Source of the DNA: a virus
IMG/VR virus record: IMGVR_UViG_3300045974_000429
Span: 1 to 64,000 of that record
DNA length: 64,000 nucleotides
Reading direction: 5' to 3' (one strand)
Positions 53,941-63,574 of this stretch are shown piece by piece. The translations under genes and the position numbers were made by a program. Position 1 is the first letter of the stretch; each line of letters opens with the position of its first letter. A model generated the notes under the pieces. That model had not been told where the DNA came from. It did not search any database and worked only from the letters and a program-made list of their open reading frames with translations.

Positions 53941-55974
53941 TCAGACCTGCTTGATGGTCACGCCCGGCCCGACGTCGGCCTGGAGGACGATGAAGTCTGC
54001 GGTGGCGAGCATCTGGACGGCGACCTTGATCACGAAGATGCCGAGCGCGAGCTGGGAGCGGGTGTTCCCGCTCTTGGCGTCCACGGAGTAGTCCGAGATG
54101 CGCTGCGCCGCCGGGTTGTTGGACGACTTCATGTCGTTCAAGAAGTTGTCGATCTCGCCCGTCGCCGCGTCGATGAGGGCGTTCGTCACCGGCAGCTTCA
54201 CGAAGGGCTGGAGCGCCTGCGCCAAGCTGTCCTCGATGAAGTCCGCGAACCGCCGCCGGTTGATGTTCGTCTGCCCGGACACGAGGCTGGTCGTGATGCC
54301 GCTGAGGATCTCCGGCCCGAGGATCTGGTCGAAGTGCAGCGCCGCCACGCCCTGGCTCCGCAGGTAGGAGTAGCTGTCGATGGTCAGGCCGGAGACGCCG
54401 CGCTGGAAGCCCGAGAGCACCGAGAGCACGCCGCCCGTTCCGCCGACCGGCGGAGCCGTCTGGCCGGGGTTGCGCTCCGGCGCCAGGACGGAGAGGACGG
54501 AGGCCACGAAGCCATCCATGCGGACGTCCAGGAGGCCGTCCGAGGTGAGCTTGCCGGAGGTCGCAGTCTGGACCGCGATGTTCGACGCCTCGCTGACGAG
54601 CATCTGCGCGCCCGGCCAGGAGTAGACCACCCGCTCGCTGCGGTTCGCCGCCACGCCCGGATCGGCCGATGCCGTAACCGCCGCCACGCTCTGCTGCGCG
54701 AGGTCTGGAGCCGCGACGAACATCCGGCCGCGCCCGCGCGAGCTGGCCGTGGCGACGTGCGCCGCGCCCGCCGAGCGGTTGTAGCTGGAGGTCCGAGCGC
54801 ACCAGACGATGTTCACGCTGCGCGCCGGGAGGTCGTCGGAGAGGAGCGCGTCGAAACAGGCTTGGTAGAACGGATCCCACGCGGCCGAGTAGGCCGCGTT
54901 GGGCGCCTGGATGGCCGCCGTATAGGTGATGGCGTTGGTGGCGTTCGTGAGGAACGTCAGGCCGGAGAGCGCCGCCCAGCCCGTGGCCGTGGGAGCCGCC
55001 GCTGGCGTCGTCGGAGCGACCACCGAGGAGACGGCGATGCCGCCCGTGTCCAGGGGCCGCGCCGGGACGGTGTAGGCCGCCAGGGTCGAGAAGGCCGCGC
55101 CCGGAGTGCTCGCCTGCCCGCCGGCCGCCGAGTCGTAGGTGGACGCGCAGTGGAGGCGCCACGGGATCGTGGTCTGGGTCGGGATCGCGAAGGTCGTCCC
55201 GTCGAGCTGCTGGATGGTGATGGTCGTCCCGGAGGCCGGGGCGGTGAGCACCCGGTAGCAGCCGTAGTAGCTGTTCAGGATGGTGGCGACGCCGTAGGTG
55301 GCGTCGCCGATCACGCCGAGGACGATGATGTCGCCCACGTTGATCTTCTTCGCCAGGAGCAGCGCGTTCAGGCTGGCGGAGGTGAACGTCTGGGACACGG
55401 CGGTGGTGGCCGAGGCGAGCGCGCCGTCCACGCCCGAGGCGTAGGCCGGCGTGTCCGTGAAGTTGACCATTCCGGCCGTGCGGACCCGCACGCCGCCCGA
55501 GGTCGTGAACTCGGTGCCCGCCGGGACGGCGCCGGCCTGCATGGCGACCGCGGGAGCCGGGTTGGTGGCGGAGGTGTTCGTCGGCAGCACGCGGACGAGC
55601 CGCCCGGCCTTCGCGGAGGCGATGTTCACCGCGCAGAGGACCAGCGCGGAGAACTGCTTGTTCTTGAGGGCGTCCACGTAGCCGTTGCCGCCTGAGATGC
55701 CGAAGTCGCCGATGGTCGGGTCGAAGCCGCCGACCTCGTTGACGGCGTCGGCCGCGGAGAACACCTGGGTCGGGACGATCTTCTGCGTGAAGCCGCCCGC
55801 GCCGTCCGGGAGGAGGCTGTTCGAACAGTCGGCGAACTCGCCGATGCAGCAAGCGACGCCCGTGCCCACACCCAGGATGCCGCCGGGCTGGGGCATGTCC
55901 GCGATGATGACACCCTCAATTTGCCCAATAACCTGCTGAGTCGGAAAGAAATTGTACCTGCGAACGAAGCCCAA
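53941..55974 (-). CDS. Tail sheath protein
   Basis: 677 aa; C-terminal TNINRRRFADFI...NT..QLALG...ADFIVL sheath pattern. Confidence 0.9.
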   Translation of the reverse strand: MGFVRRYNFFPTQQVIGQIEGVIIADMPQPGGILGVGTGVACCIGEFADCSNSLLPDGAGGFTQKIVPTQVFSAADAVNEVGGFDPTIGDFGISGGNGYVDALKNKQFSALVLCAVNIASAKAGRLVRVLPTNTSATNPAPAVAMQAGAVPAGTEFTTSGGVRVRTAGMVNFTDTPAYASGVDGALASATTAVSQTFTSASLNALLLAKKINVGDIIVLGVIGDATYGVATILNSYYGCYRVLTAPASGTTITIQQLDGTTFAIPTQTTIPWRLHCASTYDSAAGGQASTPGAAFSTLAAYTVPARPLDTGGIAVSSVVAPTTPAAAPTATGWAALSGLTFLTNATNAITYTAAIQAPNAAYSAAWDPFYQACFDALLSDDLPARSVNIVWCARTSSYNRSAGAAHVATASSRGRGRMFVAAPDLAQQSVAAVTASADPGVAANRSERVVYSWPGAQMLVSEASNIAVQTATSGKLTSDGLLDVRMDGFVASVLSVLAPERNPGQTAPPVGGTGGVLSVLSGFQRGVSGLTIDSYSYLRSQGVAALHFDQILGPEILSGITTSLVSGQTNINRRRFADFIEDSLAQALQPFVKLPVTNALIDAATGEIDNFLNDMKSSNNPAAQRISDYSVDAKSGNTRSQLALGIFVIKVAVQMLATADFIVLQADVGPGVTIKQV

Positions 55975-56034
55975 ATGGAACCTCCAGGTCTGTGCGCCGC
56001 GGCGCTAGATTCGGAACCTACACGAGCACAAGCA

Positions 56035-56742
56035 CTACGTCGATGGGGCGAGAGGATCTACCACCGGAACTTCCACCGTCACGCCGGCGTCCAGCTCGAC
56101 CCGGGGAATCATGGTCGGGAAGTCGTAGAGCTTCACCACCGCGATGTTCGCGTGGACCTTGAACACCGTGACCCGGAGCCGCTCCATCACGGACTCGGCC
56201 GTGTCCGGGTAGCCGGTGGACATGAGCTGGAAGTCGGCGTGCTGGCCGTAGTAGTGCGGCAGCGCGAGCCGGAACCCGAACATCCAATCCACCGGGTTCA
56301 TCGCGTCCTCGATGAGCGCCACGAGCCCCTCCCGCTCCGCGGGGTCGTTGCAGTGAAGCTCCGCCCGGATGTCCTGGGCGAGTTCCGCCCACTCGAACGT
56401 CCAGCGCCCGTCGGGCTGCTTGAGCCGGTCGGCCGGGGCGAACACGGGCGTGAGGTTCTTGGCCTCGTACTCCCCGTCGCCCTCCGGGATGCAGGCGAGC
56501 GCCGGGTAGATCGCGTCCTGCTCCGCCTCCGGCCACTGCCAGAAGCAGTTGTCCAGGCTGACGCGCCGCCCGCCGGGAAGGTCGAGGCTCAAGCCCTGGA
56601 GATATTCAGCCAGCCCGCGGCACAGCGCGGTCCGGGCATCCACCTCCCGGTGGCCGGTCGGAACGGGCCGCGTGGACGAGTCCGTGATGAGCTTGGTGCC
56701 GGTCTGGGCCGGCTTGCTGCCGGGAACCGTGTCGTAGCTCAT
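56035..56742 (-). CDS. Tail terminator/completion protein
   Basis: Directly upstream of the sheath; WP.....YPA motif; ATGA overlap. Confidence 0.6.
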   Translation of the reverse strand: MSYDTVPGSKPAQTGTKLITDSSTRPVPTGHREVDARTALCRGLAEYLQGLSLDLPGGRRVSLDNCFWQWPEAEQDAIYPALACIPEGDGEYEAKNLTPVFAPADRLKQPDGRWTFEWAELAQDIRAELHCNDPAEREGLVALIEDAMNPVDWMFGFRLALPHYYGQHADFQLMSTGYPDTAESVMERLRVTVFKVHANIAVVKLYDFPTMIPRVELDAGVTVEVPVVDPLAPST

Positions 56743-57230
56743 GGGCCACCAGCCAGTAGGCGGTTGATCTCGCGGAGCACCTCTTCCTCCACGACGGCCG
56801 TCAGCGGGCCGACCATGTTGCCGAGGACGTGCTTGGCCGGAATGCCGCGCTTCCCGATGGCGCGCGCGATGAGGAATCCGATGCCGGCGGCCTGCTTCTT
56901 CGGGACGTGGAGCTTGCGCTGCGCCCAGCGGGCGATGACGGCTGACGGGGGCTGGCGCGCGCCGGGGCGGCGTCCTTCCTCGATGACGGGCGCGTGCGGG
57001 GCGTCGTTGAACACGCGCGCACCCTTCGCGGTGGGCTCCGCCTTCCAGCGCATCCGGTAGGTGCCGCGGTCGAATATTTTCAGCTCCGCGGTCTTGTTCT
57101 GCATGACGACGCGGCAGCGCATCGCGCCGGAGATCATGCCGCGCTTCAGGGCCACGGGAGCCTTCTTCCCGAGCTGCCGGAGGAGGCCGGGCAGCTTGCC
57201 GGGCAATATCTTGGCGCCGAAGATGGCCAT
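56739..57230 (-). CDS. Neck protein (HK97 gp10-like)
   Basis: DRGTY..RW, APHA.VIEEGRRP, IARAI..RG. Confidence 0.7.
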   Translation of the reverse strand: MAIFGAKILPGKLPGLLRQLGKKAPVALKRGMISGAMRCRVVMQNKTAELKIFDRGTYRMRWKAEPTAKGARVFNDAPHAPVIEEGRRPGARQPPSAVIARWAQRKLHVPKKQAAGIGFLIARAIGKRGIPAKHVLGNMVGPLTAVVEEEVLREINRLLAGGP

Positions 57231-57760
57231 CAGCGCCGCACGTCCCCGCCGCGCTGGCGCTCTGCGTTCTGCTTGCGGAGCTGCACCTGCCACTGGAGCC
57301 CGCCGGCGTTGTAGTAGGGCGCGGAGGTCGGGAAGAACCGCCGCCGCTCGCCCGGAGAGCCGTCGCGCCGCGGGAAGTGGATCTCGTAGAAGAACTGCTC
57401 ATCGGCGTCGATGGCCGTGCCGTCAGGGGCGATGCCGCGAAGCTGCTCCTCGGTCATGGTGCCGCTGATCTTGGACAGCAATATCTCGCCCTGCTCCGCG
57501 AGGCCCGCCGGAGAGGCGATGGCAGCTACGCCGGTCATGTCCGCGATGGCCGGAGTCGGACGCAGGAGCGTCTCCTCCACCACGACCTCCTCGCCGACGC
57601 CGCGCCGCCCACCCGTCCAGCGCGTGCGGACGAGCGAGACGGTGTAGGGCCGGAGCCCGAATTCCGTCAGGAGCGCCCGCAGCCTGTCCGCGACGGGAAC
57701 GAGCCGCTGCCCCAGGCTGCGCCGCATATCCGGCGGGGATAGCGGGTCGTAGCGAGGCAC
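57230..57760 (-). CDS. Head closure/stopper protein (putative)
   Basis: Synteny between adaptor and neck genes; overlaps the next gene. Confidence 0.55.
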   Translation of the reverse strand: MPRYDPLSPPDMRRSLGQRLVPVADRLRALLTEFGLRPYTVSLVRTRWTGGRRGVGEEVVVEETLLRPTPAIADMTGVAAIASPAGLAEQGEILLSKISGTMTEEQLRGIAPDGTAIDADEQFFYEIHFPRRDGSPGERRRFFPTSAPYYNAGGLQWQVQLRKQNAERQRGGDVRR

Positions 57761-57764
57761 GCGC

Positions 57765-58181
57765 CTAGTTCCTCTTGATCATGGAAACGCCGCTGCCTCG
57801 GGAGTCCCCGGAGCCGCCGCGCAGCTTGTTGGAGAACCCGTAGAACGGGACGCCGAACACGTCCGCGAGCCGGGAGGCCCAGCGGCGATATTCCTCCTCC
57901 AGCCGCTGCGTGGCATCTTCCCGAAGCGACAGCTCCTCCAGCTTTTCGGCGATGAGGTAGCTGCGCGCCTCGGACATCGCGGCCTCGCAGGCGTCCAACT
58001 CTCCCAAGATGCGCTGGACGCGCGGGACCGCGATCTCCATGAGCTGGTTCATCGCCGTCTCCAGCAGGTAGCTGGTGGCGAGCGGGCGCGGGATGCCGAA
58101 TTGAACCGACGCGAGAGCGGACACCGCCGGGTAGCCCAGCGCGTATCGGCATTTTTCGCGTTCCGTGTCAGTCAACGGCAT
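57765..58181 (-). CDS. Head-tail adaptor protein (putative)
   Basis: Helical protein shortly after the capsid gene. Confidence 0.55.
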   Translation of the reverse strand: MPLTDTEREKCRYALGYPAVSALASVQFGIPRPLATSYLLETAMNQLMEIAVPRVQRILGELDACEAAMSEARSYLIAEKLEELSLREDATQRLEEEYRRWASRLADVFGVPFYGFSNKLRGGSGDSRGSGVSMIKRN

Positions 58182-58213
58182 GGGTCACCCATTCGCCATT
58201 CGCGAACCGCGAA

Positions 58214-58498
58214 CTACTCGAACTCTTCCGGCGGATCGACCGGCAGCAGGTTGAGCCCCGCCTTGCGGAGATCGTGGATGCCGCGGTGCGAGTAGTGCGC
58301 CGCGTCGAGAACCTGTCCCTCGTGGAACTGGATGACGACACCGCCCACGCTCACCTTCTTGCTGGTGCCCACCTTCCAGTGGCGGTGCGGGGGCGGAGCC
58401 GCGGGAGCCGGGGCGGCCTTGGCGGCGGGCGCGGCCTTGGCGGCCGGCTTCTTCGGGTCGAACGGAGAGGGCTGGATCGCGTCCACGGGGTCGGGCAT
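58214..58498 (-). CDS. Small protein after the capsid gene
   Basis: AGGAG RBS before ATG 58498; PAAKAA repeats. Confidence 0.65.
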   Translation of the reverse strand: MPDPVDAIQPSPFDPKKPAAKAAPAAKAAPAPAAPPPHRHWKVGTSKKVSVGGVVIQFHEGQVLDAAHYSHRGIHDLRKAGLNLLPVDPPEEFE

Positions 58499-58572
58499 CG
58501 TGTGTCTCCTGGCGAGAGGATGAAGTTTCATCCTGCTCCGCCGGCGTCCGAGCGTCAAGGACCAGAAAGTCA

Positions 58573-58604
58573 CGAGGCCGGGAGGCTTTCGCCCGCCGGC
58601 CTCG
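58573..58604 (-). terminator. Hairpin after the major capsid gene
   Basis: CGAGGCCGG...GGC-GAAA-GCC...CCGGCCTCG followed by TGACTTTCT. Confidence 0.6.
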
Positions 58605-58649
58605 CTTCCCTTCAGCCCTCGCCGGCCTCAGACCGAGAGGTGCAATTGG

Positions 58650-60068
58650 CTAGGTGTGTTCGACGCAAACCGCGCGCTTGTGGCGGGCCGAGTCGCCGGT
58701 GGTCGCGTCCGTGCGGAAGGTCCAGCTGCCCATCCAGAGCCACGTCGAGGACACCACGTCCTGGGTGCGGTTCTGCGGGGCGCGGAGGATCAGCTTCACG
58801 CCGTCCGAGTTGATCTCGATGCCGTTGTTCGAGATGTCGAAGTCGCCGACCTTCCCGTTCAGGCCCGCCATCGTGATCATCTCGTCCTGGTTCTGGCCGA
58901 ACTCCTGGAGGCCCCCCTGGCCGAGGAAGATCGGGCGGTGGACCACGAGGCCCGAGGTCGCGCCGTTCGTGTACAGCTCGCCCGCGAACGGGTCCGCCGG
59001 CGTGTAGGTGATGCCGTCCGACGCCACCGTGAGGACGGTGGAGGGGAGCGGGTTCTCGGTGTCGGTGAAGAATACCGTGCCCTGCATCGTCCCGAGCGCC
59101 AACTCCTTGTAGAGAACGTAGTCCGGGATGGACGCGTTGAGCCGCTGGAACTCCTGGTCGGCGTACAGCTGCGTCTCCGAGGTCGGGTCCAGGTGGCAGT
59201 GGTAGTAGCCCGAGCCCGAGAACGTGGGGACGTTCATCGTGCGGAGCCGAGCCACCGCGGCGCGGATGAGGCTGGGCGTGAAGATGGAGGCCGAGCCCAG
59301 CGCGTCGAGGGTGTTGCCGGCGGCCGCCCGGACGATGGCCGAGCGGTCGGACGCGATGACGTAGGACCGCGAGGCAAACGTCACCGCGGAGTCCACCGTC
59401 AGGGTGCCGGGACCGGTTTCGTCGCCGGGGTTGTCCGCGACGAAGCCGGTCACGTTCACGCTCTGCGGCGTGCCCGTGTTGTCGATGACGACCGCCAGCG
59501 GGTTCGTGGTGCTGACCGGGTTGAACGCCACGGCGGAGCCGCCGGACGCCGCGAGGTCGGGCCGGCGAGCGCGGGTGAAGCCGTTCAGGCTCTTGACCGG
59601 AACCGAGGTCACGCCCGAGCCCGAGGAGCCCGTCTTGACCACCGTCCAGCCGGAGAGGGCGGCGTTGTACGCCTGATCGCGGGCGCCGGTGTTCAGCGAG
59701 AGCGCCGCCTGGAGGCCGAGCTGCTTGGTGTTCTCGAGGAAGAGCTTCACGATGGACGCGATGTCGGTCGGCATGTCCGTGTCGATGGTGCCGGCGTACT
59801 TCTGGATCTGCGTGGACCACTGCTCGACCGGGTAGGTCTGCGGCAGCGGGTCCGTGCCGGGAACCAGCGGCGCGACGTTGCGCGGGAGCAGGCCCTTGCC
59901 GGTGAAGTACAGCGTGTCGCCGACGTGGGTGGGGAACTCGGCCGGGATGGCCTCCCCGCGGTAGAGGAGACGCGGGAACAGCGCGTCCTTGAACTCGCGG
60001 GTGAGAAGGCCGCTCTGGACGACGGCGCGGACCGCCGGGGTCTGCACAATACTGCTGAAGGAAGGCAA
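58650..60068 (-). CDS. Major capsid protein
   Basis: 472 aa after the scaffold gene; KYAGTI, LGLQAALSL, YHCHLDP features; terminator follows. Confidence 0.8.
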   Translation of the reverse strand: MPSFSSIVQTPAVRAVVQSGLLTREFKDALFPRLLYRGEAIPAEFPTHVGDTLYFTGKGLLPRNVAPLVPGTDPLPQTYPVEQWSTQIQKYAGTIDTDMPTDIASIVKLFLENTKQLGLQAALSLNTGARDQAYNAALSGWTVVKTGSSGSGVTSVPVKSLNGFTRARRPDLAASGGSAVAFNPVSTTNPLAVVIDNTGTPQSVNVTGFVADNPGDETGPGTLTVDSAVTFASRSYVIASDRSAIVRAAAGNTLDALGSASIFTPSLIRAAVARLRTMNVPTFSGSGYYHCHLDPTSETQLYADQEFQRLNASIPDYVLYKELALGTMQGTVFFTDTENPLPSTVLTVASDGITYTPADPFAGELYTNGATSGLVVHRPIFLGQGGLQEFGQNQDEMITMAGLNGKVGDFDISNNGIEINSDGVKLILRAPQNRTQDVVSSTWLWMGSWTFRTDATTGDSARHKRAVCVEHT

Positions 60069-60083
60069 GGGAATATCCTTTCG

Positions 60084-60749
60084 TTAGGCCGCGCCGCGGC
60101 CGCAGGTTGAAACTACGTGAAGAAGCCGATCCACGTCAACCCCGCGCTTCGCGCCCCACGTTCGCGCATCTCGCGCGTGCTTGGATGCGTTGCAGGGATT
60201 GCACGCCGGCAAGAGGTTGCCGATCTCGTGCTTCCCGCCATTGGAAATTGGCTGGACGTGGTCGAGCGTCTTAGCTGGTGCGGCCTTGCAATAGGCGCAG
60301 AGGCCGTCGAATGCGGCAAACAAGGCGTCGAGGTAAGATTGCGGGACCTCGATCTCGCGCAGCGCGGCATTGCGGCGCCGCATCTTGGCGGCGTGCTTGT
60401 CCTTGACCGCCGCGCGCCCTCGATAGAGCGCGCGCCAAGCGTGAAGCGCGGCAGCGTGAGACTTCTGGTACTTGGCTACCTTCGCGCAGCGAGCCGCAGC
60501 GTTTCGATGATAGGCGGCGCGGGCGTAGGCCCGGACCTTCTCCGGGTTCTTTGCCTGCCAGCGCCGAGAGGCCGCATTACAAGCTTCCGGCTTTTCCGAC
60601 CGGCGCAGTGCTGACGCAACAACGTCGCACGCCTTGCAGCGCGCCCGAGGCTTCCCGATGCGCCCGCGGCTCTGGTGGAGCGAATACTCGGAACGCGCCT
60701 TCGCGGCGCCGCACCCGGTACACGTTCGCATGTCGGGTGCGGCGTCCAT
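60084..60749 (-). CDS. HNH endonuclease
   Basis: CTGC...CKAC N-terminus; CAYC...TLDHVQPISNGGKHEIGNLLPACNPCNASK; AGGAG RBS. Confidence 0.92.
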   Translation of the reverse strand: MDAAPDMRTCTGCGAAKARSEYSLHQSRGRIGKPRARCKACDVVASALRRSEKPEACNAASRRWQAKNPEKVRAYARAAYHRNAAARCAKVAKYQKSHAAALHAWRALYRGRAAVKDKHAAKMRRRNAALREIEVPQSYLDALFAAFDGLCAYCKAAPAKTLDHVQPISNGGKHEIGNLLPACNPCNASKHARDARTWGAKRGVDVDRLLHVVSTCGRGAA

Positions 60750-60760
60750 CGCAGCGGCTC

Positions 60761-61696
60761 CTAGTTCTTGGGAAGCACCGGGCCACCCTGGCCGGCGCTC
60801 CGCAGGATCTCCTGGAGCGCGGCGTGCTTCTCGCGCTCGCTCATCATGTACTTGCCCGTCTTCGGATCCACGGTCAGCGCGTTCCGCGCCGCCGGATCCT
60901 TGCCCGCGCCGGGCTGCTGGTCGGGCGGGAGCGCGGAGGCCGTGCCCGCGCGGCCAGCCGGAGTGGATTCCTGGCCGCCGGTCGTGTCCACCGCGGCGAT
61001 CCGCTCGCCGAACAGGTAGGGGCGGTCGATCCGCAGCTTGGCGAGCCACGCATTCTCGTCGAACGCCTCCGCCTGCTCCGGGGTCATCCCGGCCGTCTCG
61101 CGCTCCAGGAGGCTGACCGCGTAGTCCAGGTCGCGGACGCCGCCGTTCACGAACACGCGCTCGATCTGGGCGCGAGCCTCGCGAGCCGCGATCTGCGCCT
61201 CGAACTCCCTGGCGCGCCGCTCGGCCTTCTGCCGCATCTTGCGTTCCTCCTCGACCTGCCGCGACAGCTCCCGGTCCTTCCGGGTCAGCGGCTTGGTGGG
61301 GTCGGTCGCGGGAGTCGCGGGCTCGGTCGCGGCGTCAGCCCCGGCCTTCTTCGCGGCGGCAGGAGCCTTCTCCAACCACTCCTCGTAAGTCTTGTAGCCC
61401 TTCGCCTGTGCCTTCTTGTTCAGCTCGCTCACGAACTCGTCGCGGCCGCGCCGGCGCTCCGCTTCCTTGAGCGCCTTCATCGCGCCGTTCGGGATGTAGT
61501 GGCCCGCCTTGGTCAGGTCGGGCGCCGGGTCGGTGCGGGACTGGGCTGCCGCCGAGGCCGCGTCTGCTGCGGGCTCCGCGGGCTTGGCCGCGGGAGCCGC
61601 CTGGGGCGCCGCGGGCTGGGATTGCTGCGATGTCGGGGCGGCTCCGCCGCTTCCTGCCTCCACTTCGGGGGACATCTGGATCTGGTTCTTGAGCAC
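60761..61696 (-). CDS. Capsid scaffolding protein
   Basis: Low-complexity N-terminus, coiled coil, RPYLF motif, upstream of the capsid gene. Confidence 0.75.
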   Translation of the reverse strand: MLKNQIQMSPEVEAGSGGAAPTSQQSQPAAPQAAPAAKPAEPAADAASAAAQSRTDPAPDLTKAGHYIPNGAMKALKEAERRRGRDEFVSELNKKAQAKGYKTYEEWLEKAPAAAKKAGADAATEPATPATDPTKPLTRKDRELSRQVEEERKMRQKAERRAREFEAQIAAREARAQIERVFVNGGVRDLDYAVSLLERETAGMTPEQAEAFDENAWLAKLRIDRPYLFGERIAAVDTTGGQESTPAGRAGTASALPPDQQPGAGKDPAARNALTVDPKTGKYMMSEREKHAALQEILRSAGQGGPVLPKN

Positions 61697-61847
61697 GGGT
61701 TCCTCGCTGTGGCCCTTGGATCGATTCCGGCCGTTTCACCGCCGCCGTCGCGTGGTGATCTTCCGGGTTTCGCTTGGGGTCCGTGGTTGGGTGATTCGGC
61801 GGGGCGCCAATTTCGGCGCCCGCCTACGGTTGAACGGCGTGAGAAGA

Positions 61848-62363
61848 CTACTCCGCGCCCATGCCGTCCTGGGTGCCCGCGAAAAGCTGGGTATCGATGT
61901 CGATGCCCTTCCAGACGCCGCCGGAAAGGTAGCTGCCCGGCTTGGCGAAGTACTCGATCACGAAGCCGGTGACCGCCGCCTGGAAGGTCAGGGTCTTGTC
62001 GTCGGTGCCGAGGAGGACGCCGTGCGCCGTGCCCGCGCCGATGGCGGTCGCGGTGCCGCCCGCGTCGATGATGATCGCCGGGCCGGCAGCCAGGGTGCCG
62101 GCGGTGACGCGGAGCGAGCGGACGAGGCCGATGGGCGGGAGGATGCCGCTGGCGCGCACGCCGGCCGGGCCTTCGTTGATCGTGATCTTGGCCGCCGGAA
62201 TCGCCGTGATGTCCGGGGTCGCCGAGGAAGTCGCCGCGGCGATGGTGGCGCGGATCTTCCGCATCGACGTGCCGATGTCGAGTTGGTTGATCGCGTTGTC
62301 GATGCGCGACGGATGCGCGTCGTCGAGCGCCTGACGGAGGGTGTATGCGGCGGACGTGGTCAT
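61848..62363 (-). CDS. Virion structural/decoration protein (putative)
   Basis: AAGGAG RBS; head region. Confidence 0.6.
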   Translation of the reverse strand: MTTSAAYTLRQALDDAHPSRIDNAINQLDIGTSMRKIRATIAAATSSATPDITAIPAAKITINEGPAGVRASGILPPIGLVRSLRVTAGTLAAGPAIIIDAGGTATAIGAGTAHGVLLGTDDKTLTFQAAVTGFVIEYFAKPGSYLSGGVWKGIDIDTQLFAGTQDGMGAE

Positions 62364-62390
62364 TTCGTGCTCCTTGCAGAAATTGCCGGG

Positions 62391-62795
62391 CTAGATTTGC
62401 CCGAGGAAGAGGTGAACGAACGTGTCATTTCCGGGCGTGCGGGTCAACGTCAGGGCCGTGATCGGGCTGACCGTGGTCGTGTGCAGCACGAACAGCGGGT
62501 CTACCGGGACGATTTGAGAAGCCCCGTCCGCCGTCGTGATGGCCGCCTTCACGCGCGGGCCGACCACCTTGATGACCACCACGTTCGCCAGCGGCGCGGA
62601 CGGGTTGGTCGAGGTCGGGCCGGGAAGCTGGACGGTGGCGGCCGCGTCCGAGATCAACTCGACCACCTGGGACGACTTGACCGAGAGCGTCAGAGCCTCA
62701 TTCAGCGGAACGTCGAGCGCGGCGATGCCCGACGAGAAGCCGCCCGAGATCGGGGCGACCGTGGCGTCTGCGATGAACGTGTAGGCGTCGGCCAC
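62391..62795 (-). CDS. Virion structural protein (putative)
   Basis: GGAG RBS; beta-rich sequence. Confidence 0.6.
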   Translation of the reverse strand: MADAYTFIADATVAPISGGFSSGIAALDVPLNEALTLSVKSSQVVELISDAAATVQLPGPTSTNPSAPLANVVVIKVVGPRVKAAITTADGASQIVPVDPLFVLHTTTVSPITALTLTRTPGNDTFVHLFLGQI

Positions 62796-62820
62796 GGGTG
62801 CTCCAGGTCAGGGAGAGGAA

Positions 62821-63012
62821 CTACTCGCCCTGCCCGTTGCCGCGCAGGTTCTTGAAGGGCGTCTTCGGCTCGGCCAGCGTGGTCGCGTTGACCGCCGTGT
62901 CCGTGACCGGGATCGGCGTGCCGCGGTAGACGCCGTGCTTCTGGTCGTACGCCTTGGTCGGGTGCTCCGGGTTCTCCCGGGCCAGATCCTCGTTGCTCAC
63001 GCTCTCGGGCAT
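62821..63012 (-). CDS. Small protein with C-terminal PFKNLRG
   Basis: GGAG RBS; motif shared with its neighbour. Confidence 0.7.
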   Translation of the reverse strand: MPESVSNEDLARENPEHPTKAYDQKHGVYRGTPIPVTDTAVNATTLAEPKTPFKNLRGNGQGE

Positions 63013-63036
63013 CGTCGTTCTCCGTGTTCAGCGCGG

Positions 63037-63279
63037 CTAGCTGCCGCGCAGGTTCTTGAAGGGGTTCTCGGTCGGGCGGTGCAGGGGCGCCGCGTTGGGA
63101 AGATGGCCGGGAGTCGCCTTGTAGGTTCCGCCCGAGACGGCGACCGGCATCGAGCCGCCGCCGATGGCGCCCTCGATGGGCGGGCTCTCGGTGAAGTTGG
63201 CTGGGTCGGTGCCCTTTTCCACGGCGAGGCTGCGGACGGTGCGGTGCGAGACGTTCACGCCCTTGTAGTTCGCGGCCAT
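63037..63279 (-). CDS. Small protein with C-terminal PFKNLRG
   Basis: Start overlaps the upstream stop; ends ENPFKNLRGS. Confidence 0.7.
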   Translation of the reverse strand: MAANYKGVNVSHRTVRSLAVEKGTDPANFTESPPIEGAIGGGSMPVAVSGGTYKATPGHLPNAAPLHRPTENPFKNLRGS

Positions 63280-63521
63280 CAGCGGCCCCCCTTCATGTTC
63301 TTGCCGACCTTGATGTCGGCCACGCGACCCATCGAGTCGTAGTTCTGGATCTCTCCGCCGCGGGCGGAGGCATCGGCCGGGCTGGGAACCGAGAAGCGCC
63401 CGTTGCCGGGAAAGTCCCGCTGCGCGTACCGCACGCCGGGCCGGATCTGAGCGACCCGGTCGAACGGGAATCCGCTCGCCAGGGTCGAAACCGGCATCCC
63501 GATGTTCTTGTTCTCTGCCAC
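63279..63521 (-). CDS. Small protein ending KNMKGGR
   Basis: GGAGG RBS before GTG. Confidence 0.65.
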   Translation of the reverse strand: MAENKNIGMPVSTLASGFPFDRVAQIRPGVRYAQRDFPGNGRFSVPSPADASARGGEIQNYDSMGRVADIKVGKNMKGGR

Positions 63522-63574
63522 GGCGAACCTCCAGGAAACTTAAACTACAGGCGCGGAGCGCCCGCGGTCAACTA

